Shown here: piece by piece, positions 36,401 through 47,300 of the stretch
Layout of the letters: each line of letters opens with the position of its first letter
Numbering within the stretch: position 1 is the first letter of the stretch
Assembly: GCA_032718475.1 (NCBI GenBank)
Contig: JAUCBJ010002656.1
Location: 8,365-72,364, forward strand
Origin: Nemertoderma westbladi
Lineage: Eukaryota; Animalia; Xenacoelomorpha
DNA: 64,000 nucleotides
Direction of reading: 5' to 3'
Translations under genes and position numbers: made by a program
The notes under the pieces: generated by a model
What the model saw: the letters and a program-made list of their open reading frames with translations, nothing else
The model's database searches: none
Told to the model about the DNA's origin: nothing

Positions 36401-36866
36401 AGGTTCGTCCACGTTCGATGTCCTCCTCGAGATTTTGTATTTCTCTATCGAACTGGGGTAAAGCTAATTCCTTCACCGCTTGGACTTGTTGTTGCAATTT
36501 ACGTTTCTCCAAACAATCGTAAGTTCCCTTTCCGATTTTCTGCCGGATAGCGTCTAACGCATTTCGTACGACGCTCTCTTCGACTTCCGTAACGGGTTGT
36601 ATCGAGGTGAAGCCGGGACGGTTGTGCGGGTTAAACGGCGATATTAGATGACCGCGTCCCAATCCAGCTAGGTAAGGTTGGCGAATATCTAGCGAGCCTA
36701 CTACCGGAGTGCCACCGATCAACTGTTCGGGTAGCACTAGATCTTTGAACAGTGAGTACAGTTCGGGAGGATCCGTGATAATATTAGGATCAAGAGTCTG
36801 AGGTCTAACTGAGGAATGAGGAGGTCTGACCGAGTATTCCGGAACTCTGATCATTGGTTTGTTCAA
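33432..36866 (-). CDS. Retrotransposon accessory ORF, main part: DEDDy 3'-5' exonuclease-like domain, CCHC zinc knuckles and basic tail
   Basis: ExoI VVTYDNEG; ExoII LPQPVLEMLFNERILKIGSAVYGDL; FVDTQ; SIGHLAFQEYG; ExoIII-like PLRPSLAIYTIFEN; CHHCQLKGHASYNC (CX2CX4HX4C); C-terminal KKLRKRRPRKKD. Confidence 0.75.
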   Translation of the reverse strand: MNKPMIRVPEYSVRPPHSSVRPQTLDPNIITDPPELYSLFKDLVLPEQLIGGTPVVGSLDIRQPYLAGLGRGHLISPFNPHNRPGFTSIQPVTEVEESVVRNALDAIRQKIGKGTYDCLEKRKLQQQVQAVKELALPQFDREIQNLEEDIERGRTYSLQEFLDERLQQQAEENQLEERHIEMDEREEAALAQPEAQILMTDLYSKTILHPSMVPHFGDKLFATVQPQPVDINLRSRDLIADAPMLQHPPIEAARVDGILVEPPDNRADLVRRMVHDINIRARPLPDSFYGIKDHPYYVNLTQYYMVKPEDPTHSLRFLPLINPLDLVELEQLHKHLDQLVKINSFRKPYNVSRIEKETIPPYNLDGFIKTRLVHWNLDVLFEEERIQRYGDVETYTTQYLKYRDLPNASECATLWHPVGMTLENATKEWNETLNVIEMYGVVTYDNEGSVPVGELGTTRMIHIRGLAGSTHVFTRACSDVIDYSFETLTETQKKLRHGQFELAQRYVADTERKPAMGIDGSMLPQPVLEMLFNERILKIGSAVYGDLQNDFRNMENIPYPFVDTQLIAPWAEGRGFFRTMYANTPIGITKVQRTSIGHLAFQEYGWNFKVGNPINYQQVYGDHYSRLYFDGPLTAPGAVYSFMSVPLRPSLAIYTIFENAALAGWLADVCSRTIRAHPLILGTKLAKLDEHNKFIRFECFRRFLTPFRNVDSQFKDRALTKLSLRDSAAEKLNSAGFAFFQDVCIQNLHSSVIQRARIATGYSVVEVQTVGPLAETAAPTSAMQLEDEPICLESEAIQPTAPRSSDNDYVLEWYQGPQCLTAYDYRHANYVSRKRCRLCASRDHFTPMDSDVPCSYFHEQPMIEIYCAYSRLNNSHIFAVCPQFMTQCHHCQLKGHASYNCPFNRDLESVDEMITLRYIRAWEANADLHYESRHCYYPGRSYEGVYAFHPYLFASVEQKTRTPSYELMKRVGECISTKFVRKYLRNVNPNDITSYHLINYIRQDPEYGDLFINSHPELQEVSRRPYEYRARERELERTIKQRKFLTTHGPPTAIVQTTHQGPVGAAVLRCALKAVRPRSTEVDIDQPGTSTGGYTDRNPKPSDAIVLHPSPRSYSPPSKVARPKEKRTLASLKKLRKRRPRKKD

Positions 36867-36957
36867 GGATCATTTGAGTCGAGCGACCGTAGGGGATACG
36901 TCGAACAGGTTTCGCTCGAAACTCCCATAAGTATATCGTGTAAAACTGTGTTTATGT

Positions 36958-37680
36958 TTATGTCGGATGTTTATGTCTTTCCGTTTGCTGATTGGGTCTA
37001 GGGCATTCGTCGCAGTAATACCAAAGACGCATGTCCTGCAGGGGAAACGCGGGTGATCGTTCTCCAGTTTTACAATATTCCTCCATCTGTTCGAAGCTAT
37101 CTGGGACGACAGGTAGCGGTCGATCGGCGGTAAGATACATCATAGTGAAATAGAGTCGTTTGAGCTCTATCATAGGATCATGATGTATACCTTGAGGATA
37201 TCGAGTTTCGAGATTTTGTTGACTGGCAATATTGAGGTATGTCTCTCTCAGGAATTCCAGATAATCGTTGAAGTCGCTGCGTTTATCCGGCTCTTCAACG
37301 TCTTCCCTTTCGAGTCTGTTTCGAATAGAGTTCTCGTGTTCTATTCTCGGTTTATCGTTCCGACTCCGCTGGGTATGATATTTAAATAAAACCATTTCCC
37401 TTTCGGTGTCTACGTCGTCCGTATCGTGTAAATCGATAGGATGGCCAGTAGTTAAGAAGTCCATATACATACCATTACGATGCGTATAGCGAGCGGTGAA
37501 CTTTCTATAATCCAATTCACGCGTAAGTTGCTCCGGGGACATTGGCGGTTCGATATAACGACCATCATCCTCCGTAGTAGTTGGACCAGCGTCGCCGCGT
37601 ATCAAGCTATCGACAAACGCTTGTAAAGGTAGAGTATATCGCTCCCTGATACTAAGATCATCTTCTATCAACTCAGTCAT
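36958..37680 (-). CDS. N-terminal 240 aa of the same accessory ORF, separated by a net 5-bp frameshift
   Basis: The paralogous copy at 31443-32012 reads continuously RHKHPRRRCAKHSF...LNKPMIRVPEY across this junction. Confidence 0.75.
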   Translation of the reverse strand: MTELIEDDLSIRERYTLPLQAFVDSLIRGDAGPTTTEDDGRYIEPPMSPEQLTRELDYRKFTARYTHRNGMYMDFLTTGHPIDLHDTDDVDTEREMVLFKYHTQRSRNDKPRIEHENSIRNRLEREDVEEPDKRSDFNDYLEFLRETYLNIASQQNLETRYPQGIHHDPMIELKRLYFTMMYLTADRPLPVVPDSFEQMEEYCKTGERSPAFPLQDMRLWYYCDECPRPNQQTERHKHPT

Positions 37681-39312
37681 ATCTGCTATGAGTTTATCAA
37701 TATTATAATGAGTTTATATATTAGGCTAGCGGGCGTCGCTGCCTACCCCTCTTTTGCCCCCGGACAGTGCAAGATCCTCAGCGCCGATGTACCGTCGTCG
37801 CTGTTCTTTCGCCAATGATGTAGCTACACAACGACAACGATAACCGGCACAAGTCACTCCACTGTCCGTCCCAAAGGCTTAGATGTACTTCAGGTTCTTT
37901 CTCAAGAGTTAGGGCTACTTTCACAATTGCGACTAGCTACTGTAAACACACTTTAGCAGTAACATTCACCTATGAACGCACAAATTCAACACAACTGCCA
38001 CAAACTGTACACATTCGGGCCATTTGTCCGTTAGTCAGTACCTTCCAGAATGTCACTTTATTTATTATGTATCCTTGGATACTAGCAGTGCGCTATTTAT
38101 TCCCTATGCTATTCAATGGGGCAAGCTTTCTATTGTTCTTTTAACTCACTTCTAATTCTAGCGTGGTTGTTGCTATGGTGACATTATGGAAAGCTAGCGG
38201 TAGAATTAGGGTAATTCTCATGCATACAGATCTGGGATGCTATTTAATAGTAATTCTTTAATTGTCAATATCCTCTCTATACATGATTTTATGAATTTTA
38301 TCGGCTATTGACTATATATTGGAGATTCTCGCACACTAATACACTTAATAGAGTGAATCTCCGCTCCCATGATCTATTAATTAATGGAATTTTGGGAATG
38401 TTATAAATTGTATAAAAATGACAATTTATTAAATTCATTAAAATATATGAATTTAAATTTATTCCCGTAAATTTTATTATTTAATGTTAAATAGACACAA
38501 TTTTATTCCAGAACATGTCTGGGGACTGGGATCCTTGATTCTAGGAATTTTGACCTTTTAAGAGTATCGGTAAGTGCTACGATATCTTAATCGACTAGAA
38601 TTTTAAAGGATCTAAAATTTGACAGATTTTGTAAATATTAATAATTAATATTTAGGATGGGCACCAGTTTATTCCAGAACTTGTCTGGGGACGTTAACCA
38701 CTGATTCTAGAATTTGTCTTTCAAGTATATCGGTGGGTGCTGCGATATCTTAATCGACTAGAATTGCAGATGGTCAAAGGGTTTAACAGATTTATTTGCG
38801 TTGTACGCTACTGTTAAAAGGACATCACGCTACTATATGTATTATTCAATATACGGTATGAGAGCAATATCGCACGAAGCAATGTCAGTGAGAAGAGGCA
38901 AGTCGATTCCAAGGTCTACCCAGAGCTTGGTTTAGCCGAGACACGAGGATCTGAATTTTGCATTCCTAATACTCTGCTTACCAATAATACTTAAATATAG
39001 TAGGAGCTTTATTGTACTTTAATAAGTACGGACATTTCATCTTACTGTAATTACGTATTTGTAATGTAATACGTACAGTAAGGAAAGGGAAAAAGAATTA
39101 TTTCTCGCCGTCGCACTAAATATATAATATATAAGTAATTAAGTAATAAACGCGAATATATATTGCACTAATCTACTAAATAATCGCTAAAATAACATTC
39201 TACTAAATAAAATTAAAGAAAACGATTATAATAAAATTACATAATAATATATACATAAATATAAAAGAATAAAACAAATACAAATATAGTCATACACCTA
39301 CTCCAGCCGTTG

Positions 39313-39887
39313 TTAAGTTGGGGAGTCCCTAGATGTTTGTTGGATTAGGGAGGTGGTCGTGGGAAGAGTATCTTGCCTCCCATAGTTTCCGGAGAGTTCT
39401 CTGTCTCTTTCCAGTAAACATAAGCGACCAACTGGGCGATTGAGCTGCTGTGTCTCGAAGACAATTCCCGGTTTCTTGAAGTTACGTCGCATGACGACGA
39501 GTTCTACCGATCGCACCAAACCGTCATCCGAGATGTGAGTCTCGATGATACGACCTGTCTGCCACCGCTTACGTGGAAGATCTACATCCACAATAAGAAC
39601 CATGTCTCCAGCGCTGACGTTTTCTTGCTGCGCAAACCACTTAGTTCGAAGTTGTAGCGTGGGCAGATAATGTTTTTCGAAATGGTCAGCGAAACGACCG
39701 GATAACAACTGCATGAGTTGCCAAGTTTGCCGGCAGTATTCGTCTCCGTCTGTGATTTCCGATTGTGGGAGCATGGCTACAGGTTTCTTCAGTAGGAAAT
39801 GCGCGGGTGTTAGCGCTTCCAGGGAATCGGGACTCGATGAGACTGGCATAAGCGGTCTCTCGTTGAGATAGGCGGCGATTTCCTCCA
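39313..39887 (-). pseudogene. BEL/Pao Pol C-terminus (integrase end plus DUF5641-like region), 5'-truncated by a TTAA insertion
   Basis: EIAAYLNERPL, EALTPAHFL, YLPTLQLRTKW, GDMVLI, WQTGRIIETHISDDGLVRSV, RPVGRLCLL. Confidence 0.9.
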
Positions 39888-39891
39888 TTAA

Positions 39892-41387
39892 CCCTATTAA
39901 ACCCGGGGGGGGTCAATATGACCCCCCCCCCCCCGTGGTTTTTTTATTATAGTTCTGAAACCAACGCAGTTGGGAATCTGAAATTTTATGACTTTTCCTA
40001 AAAATCTATTGTCTTCCTAGTAGTGAAAACCGTTTTCAAAAATATTGGGTACTTTTCGAGTTATAGCACCATTTTTTAACCCTACTTTTGGCACTTTTTT
40101 TGAGACGTTTTTTGAAAATTACATTTCATTAAATATGAATTGTAACATCGCTATTTTTGATTTACACCGGTTTTTTGGTGTTAGAAATTTGATGGAATTC
40201 ATATAAATTGACTTAGAAATTTCAAACTTGTTTTTTTCGGTGGGTGCCAAATTTTGGTGCCAGCACCAAATTTTGAAATAAGTCAATTTTGTAAATTGAT
40301 CGTTTGAAACTTGTTTTTTACGCAATTGGGGTTTTTTGGGTTTCTGGATTCGATGAAATATATACGAGTTGCACCAAGCGTATCAAACTTGTATTTTTCG
40401 GTGCTGTGTGCAAATTTTGGTGCTAGCACGAAATTTTGAAAATCCATTCAATAGATAAAATTGCTTGTGACAATTTATTTCTTGCGTTTTAGAGGTTTAT
40501 GGCTGTTCTGAATTCAATGGAAAATATAATTATCGAACTAGACATCTCAAACTTGTATTTTTCGGATGTGGGTGCAAAATGTGGTGCTAGCACCAAATTT
40601 TGAAAACCATCAAATATATCAATTGATTGTGTCGCCTTGTTTCTTGCGTTATACGGGTTTGTGATGGTTCTGAATTCAATGGAATCAGTAAAAATTTCAT
40701 AAGAGTTCTCAAACTTGTATTTTTCGCCGGTCGGTGAAAATTGTTGTGCCAGCACCAAATTTTGGAAAATATGCAAATTGATAAGTAGATAGTATCACCT
40801 TGTTTCTTGCGTTATACGGGTTTATGAGGGTCCTGAATCCAATGGAATCAATAAAAACAGCACTGGACATCGCAAACTTGTACTTTTTGGTGATGGGTAC
40901 GAAATTTGGTGCTAGCACCAAAATTTGCCAAATTACGCCTAAAAATACAAGTAGCAATGATCTGGCATATTAGAAATGTATTCCATTAGAATCAGCGCCC
41001 TCGAAAACCTGAAAATGTGAATTTATAGCATCGTATAAGTGAATTAAAAATTTTGTGTTCAAACTGAAAAGTGCTGGTTACTTGTTTTTTTCATTTTTTT
41101 CCTACGCAGAGAGGACTAAACAGCCATTTATAGTAATCATATCATTTTTTAATATTTTTCAATGTATTTTGCACCCCAGAAAACCAGTATTAAAAAATAA
41201 TTAGCCTAAAATGTAACTTTCAAATTTGGTGAAAATTGTGCACTACTTATAATTTTGGTGCTGCAATATAACCACCCCAGTACATTTTTTCGAAAAATTT
41301 TTTTTTCGGTCGGATCCAGACAAGTGATACCTACGTACAAACAAAAAATCAGACGTTTTCGTAAATATTTGTAGATTTTAGAGGGGG
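39892..41387 (+). mobile_element. piggyBac-like non-autonomous DNA transposon end with internal ~162-bp repeats
   Basis: TTAA at 39888-39891 followed by CCCTATTAAACCCGGGGGGGGTCAATATGACCCCCC; five CAAACTTGT...GGTGCYAGCACC-type units at about 40220-40925; partner terminus not found. Confidence 0.55.
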
Positions 41388-44300
41388 TACCGCCGTTCCA
41401 TTAACCATAAGGTAACATTCTAACTACCGCCGTTCCATTAACCATAAGGTAACATTCTAACTACCGCCGTTCCATTAACCATAAGGTAACATTCTAACTA
41501 CCGCCGTTCCATTAACCATAAGGTAACATTCAAACTACCGCCGTTCCATTAACCATAAGGTAACATTCTAACTACCGCCGTTCCATTAACCATAAGGTAA
41601 CATTCAAACTACCGCCGTTCCATTAACCATAAGGTAACATTCAAACTACCGCCGTTCCATTAACCATAAGGTAACATTCAAACTACCGCCGTTCCATTAA
41701 CCATAAGGTAACATTCTAACTACCGCCGTTCCATTAACCATAAGGTAACATTCAAACTACCGCCGTTCCATTAACCATAAGGTAACATTCAAACTACCGC
41801 CGTTCCATTAACCATAAGGTAACATTCAAACTACCGCCGTTCCATTAACCATAAGGTAACATTCAAACTACCGCCGTTCCATTAACCATAAGGTAACATT
41901 CAAACTACCGCCGTTCCATTAACCATAAGGTAACATTCAAACTACCGCCGTTCCATTAACCATAAGGTAACATTCAAACTACCGCCGTTCCATTAACCAT
42001 AAGGTAACATTCAAACTACCGCCGTTCCATTAACCATAAGGTAACATTCAAACTACCGCCGTTCCATATTAATCATAAGGTAACATTCAAACTACCGCCG
42101 TTCCATTAACCATAAGGTAACATTCAAACTACCGCCGTTCCATTAACCATAAGGTAACATTCAAACTACCGCCGTTCCATTAACCATAAGGTAACATTCA
42201 AACTACCGCCGTTCCATTAACCATAAGGTAACATTCAAACTACCGCCGTTCCATTAACCATAAGGTAACATTCAAACTACCGCCGTTCCATATTAATCAT
42301 AAGGTAACATTCTAACTACCGCCGTTCCATTAACCATAAGGTAACATTCTAACTACCGCCGTTCCATTAACCATAAGGTAACATTCTAACTACCGCCGTT
42401 CCATTAACCATAAGGTAACATTCAAACTACCGCCGTTCCATTAACCATAAGGTAACATTCAAACTACCGCCGTTCCATTAACCATAAGGTAACATTCAAA
42501 CTACCGCCGTTCCATTAACCATAAGGTAACATTCAAACTACCGCCGTTCCATTAACCATAAGGTAACATTCTAACTACCGCCGTTCCATTAACCATAAGG
42601 TAACATTCAAACTACCGCCGTTCCATTAACCATAAGGTAACATTCTAACTACCGCCGTTCCATTAACCATAAGGTAACATTCTAACTACCGCCGTTCCAT
42701 TAACCATAAGGTAACATTCTAACTACCGCCGTTCCATTAACCATAAGGTAACATTCAAACTACCGCCGTTCCATTAACCATAAGGTAACATTCAAACTAC
42801 CGCCGTTCCATTAACCATAAGGTAACATTCAAACTACCGCCGTTCCATTAACCATAAGGTAACATTCAAACTACCGCCGTTCCATTAACCATAAGGTAAC
42901 ATTCAAACTACCGCCGTTCCATTAACCATAAGGTAACATTCAAACTACCGCCGTTCCATTAACCATAAGGTAACATTCAAACTACCGCCGTTCCATTAAC
43001 CATAAGGTAACATTCAAACTACCGCCGTTCCATTAACCATAAGGTAACATTCAAACTACCGCCGTTCCATTAACCATAAGGTAACATTCTAACTACCGCC
43101 GTTCCATTAACCATAAGGTAACATTCAAACTACCGCCGTTCCATTAACCATAAGGTAACATTCAAACTACCGCCGTTCCATTAACCATAAGGTAACATTC
43201 AAACTACCGCCGTTCCATTAACCATAAGGTAACATTCAAACTACCGCCGTTCCATTAACCATAAGGTAACATTCAAACTACCGCCGTTCCATTAACCATA
43301 AGGTAACATTCAAACTACCGCCGTTCCATTAACCATAAGGTAACATTCAAACTACCGCCGTTCCATTAATCATAAGGTAACATTCAAACTACCGCCGTTC
43401 CATTAATCATAAGGTAACATTCTAACTACCGCCGTTCCATTAACCATAAGGTAACATTCAAACTACCGCCGTTCCATTAACCATAAGGTAACATTCAAAC
43501 TACCACCGTTCCATTAACCATAAGGTAACATTCAAACTACCGCCGTTCCATTAACCATAAGGTAACATTCAAACTACCGCCGTTCCATTAACCATAAGGT
43601 AACATTCAAACTACCGCCGTTCCATTAACCATAAGGTAACATTCAAACTACCGCCGTTCCATTAACCATAAGGTAACATTCAAACTACCGCCGTTCCATT
43701 AACCATAAGGTAACATTCAAACTACCGCCGTTCCATTAACCATAAGGTAACATTCAAACTACCGCCGTTCCATTAACCATAAGGTAACATTCAAACTACC
43801 GCCGTTCCATTAACCATAAGGTAACATTCAAACTACCGCCGTTCCATTAACCATAAGGTAACATTCAAACTACCGCCGTTCCATTAACCATAAGGTAACA
43901 TTCTAACTACCGCCGTTCCATTAATCATAAGGTAACATTCTAACTACCGCCGTTCCATTAACCATAAGGTAACATTCAAACTACCGCCGTTCCATTAACC
44001 ATAAGGTAACATTCAAACTACCGCCGTTCCATTAACCATAAGGTAACATTCAAACTACCGCCGTTCCATTAACCATAAGGTAACATTCAAACTACCGCCG
44101 TTCCATATTAACCATAAGGTAACATTCTAACTACCGCCGTTCCATTAACCATAAGGTAACATTCTAACTACCGCCGTTCCATTAACCATAAGGTAACATT
44201 CTAACTACCGCCGTTCCATTAACCATAAGGTAACATTCAAACTACCGCCGTTCCATTAACCATAAGGTAACATTCAAACTACCGCCGTTCCATTAACCAT

Positions 44301-47300
44301 AAGGTAACATTCAAACTACCGCCGTTCCATTAACCATAAGGTAACATTCAAACTACCGCCGTTCCATATTAACCATAAGGTAACATTCTAACTACCGCCG
44401 TTCCATTAACCATAAGGTAACATTCTAACTACCGCCGTTCCATTAACCATAAGGTAACATTCTAACTACCGCCGTTCCATTAACCATAAGGTAACATTCA
44501 AACTACCGCCGTTCCATTAACCATAAGGTAACATTCTAACTACCGCCGTTCCATTAACCATAAGGTAACATTCAAACTACCGCCGTTCCATTAACCATAA
44601 GGTAACATTCTAACTACCGCCGTTCCATTAACCATAAGGTAACATTCAAACTACCGCCGTTCCATATTAACCATAAGGTAACATTCAAACTACCGCCGTT
44701 CCATTAACCATAAGGTAACATTCAAACTACCGCCGTTCCATTAACCATAAGGTAACATTCAAACTACCGCCGTTCCATTAATCATAAGGTAACATTCAAA
44801 CTACCGCCGTTCCATATTAATCATAAGGTAACATTCAAACTACCGCCGTTCCATTAACCATAAGGTAACATTCAAACTACCGCCGTTCCATATTAACCAT
44901 AAGGTAACATTCAAACTACCGCCGTTCCATTAACCATAAGGTAACATTCAAACTACCGCCGTTCCATTAACCATAAGGTAACATTCAAACTACCGCCGTT
45001 CCATTAACCATAAGGTAACATTCAAACTACCGCCGTTCCATTAACCATAAGGTAACATTCAAACTACCGCCGTTCCATTAACCATAAGGTAACATTCTAA
45101 CTACCGCCGTTCCATTAACCATAAGGTAACATTCTAACTACCGCCGTTCCATTAACCATAAGGTAACATTCAAACTACCGCCGTTCCATATTAACCATAA
45201 GGTAACATTCAAACTACCGCCGTTCCATTAACCATAAGGTAACATTCAAACTACCGCCGTTCCATTAACCATAAGGTAACATTCAAACTACCGCCGTTCC
45301 ATTAACCATAAGGTAACATTCAAACTACCGCCGTTCCATTTAACCATAAGGTAACATTCAAACTACCGCCGTTCCATTAACCATAAGGTAACATTCAAAC
45401 TACCGCCGTTCCATATTAACCATAAGGTAACATTCAAACTACCACCGTTCCATTAACCATAAGGTAACATTCAAACTACCGCCGTTCCATTAACCATAAG
45501 GTAACATTCAAACTACCGCCGTTCCATTAACCATAAGGTAACATTCAAACTACCGCCGTTCCATTAACCATAAGGTAACATTCAAACTACCGCCGTTCCA
45601 TTAACCATAAGGTAACATTCAAACTACCGCCGTTCCATTAACCATAAGGTAACATTCTAACTACCGCCGTTCCATTAACCATAAGGTAACATTCTAACTA
45701 CCGCCGTTCCATTAACCATAAGGTAACATTCAAACTACCGCCGTTCCATTAACCATAAGGTAACATTCAAACTACCGCCGTTCCATTAACCATAAGGTAA
45801 CATTCAAACTACCGCCGTTCCATTAACCATAAGGTAACATTCAAACTACCGCCGTTCCATATTAATCATAAGGTAACATTCTAACTACCGCCGTTCCATT
45901 AACCATAAGGTAACATTCTAACTACCGCCGTTCCATTAACCATAAGGTAACATTCTAACTACCGCCGTTCCATTAACCATAAGGTAACATTCAAACTACC
46001 GCCGTTCCATTAACCATAAGGTAACATTCAAACTACCGCCGTTCCATTAACCATAAGGTAACATTCAAACTACCGCCGTTCCATTAACCATAAGGTAACA
46101 TTCAAACTACCGCCGTTCCTATTAACCATAAGGTAACATTCTAACTACCGCCGTTCCATTAACCATAAGGTAACATTCTAACTACCGCCGTTCCATTAAC
46201 CATAAGGTAACATTCTAACTACCGCCGTTCCATTAACCATAAGGTAACATTCAAACTACCGCCGTTCCATTAACCATAAGGTAACATTCAAACTACCGCC
46301 GTTCCATTAACCATAAGGTAACATTCAAACTACCGCCGTTCCATTAACCATAAGGTAACATTCTAACTACCGCCGTTCCATTAACCATAAGGTAACATTC
46401 AAACTACCGCCGTTCCATATTAACCATAAGGTAACATTCAAACTACCGCCGTTCCATTAACCATAAGGTAACATTCAAACTACCGCCGTTCCATTAACCA
46501 TAAGGTAACATTCAAACTACCGCCGTTCCATTAACCATAAGGTAACATTCAAACTACCGCCGTTCCATATTAATCATAAGGTAACATTCAAACTACCGCC
46601 GTTCCATTAACCATAAGGTAACATTCAAACTACCGCCGTTCCATTAACCATAAGGTAACATTCAAACTACCGCCGTTCCATATTAACCATAAGGTAACAT
46701 TCAAACTACCGCCGTTCCATTAACCATAAGGTAACATTCTAACTACCGCCGTTCCATTAACCATAAGGTAACATTCAAACTACCGCCGTTCCATTAACCA
46801 TAAGGTAACATTCTAACTACCGCCGTTCCATTAACCATAAGGTAACATTCAAACTACCGCCGTTCCATTAAGCATAAGGTAACATTCTAATTACCGCCGT
46901 TCCATTAACCATAAGGTAACATTCAAACTACCGCCGTTCCATTAACCATAAGGTAACATTCAAACTACCGCCGTTCCATTAACCATAAGGTAACATTCAA
47001 ACTACCGCCGTTCCATATTAACCATAAGGTAACATTCTAACTACCACCGTTCCATTAACCATAAGGTAACATTCAAACTACCGCCGTTCCATTAACCATA
47101 AGGTAACATTCAAACTACCGCCGTTCCATTAACCATAAGGTTCCATATTAACATAAGGTAACATTCTACTACCGCCGTTCCATTAACCATAAGGTAACAT
47201 TCAAACTACCGCCGTTCCATTAACCATAAGGTAACATTCAAACCACCGCCGTTCCATATTAACCATAAGGTAACATTCTAACTACCGCCGTTCCATTAAC

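Noticed and set aside
33432-37680. Envelope (env) gene
   Set aside because: Position fits, but there is no signal peptide, transmembrane anchor or Cys-rich glycoprotein pattern; nuclease and knuckle motifs are present instead
39886-39888. ATG start of the 191-aa integrase-like ORF
   Set aside because: It sits at the truncation point at the TTAA insertion; the ORF is the tail of Pol
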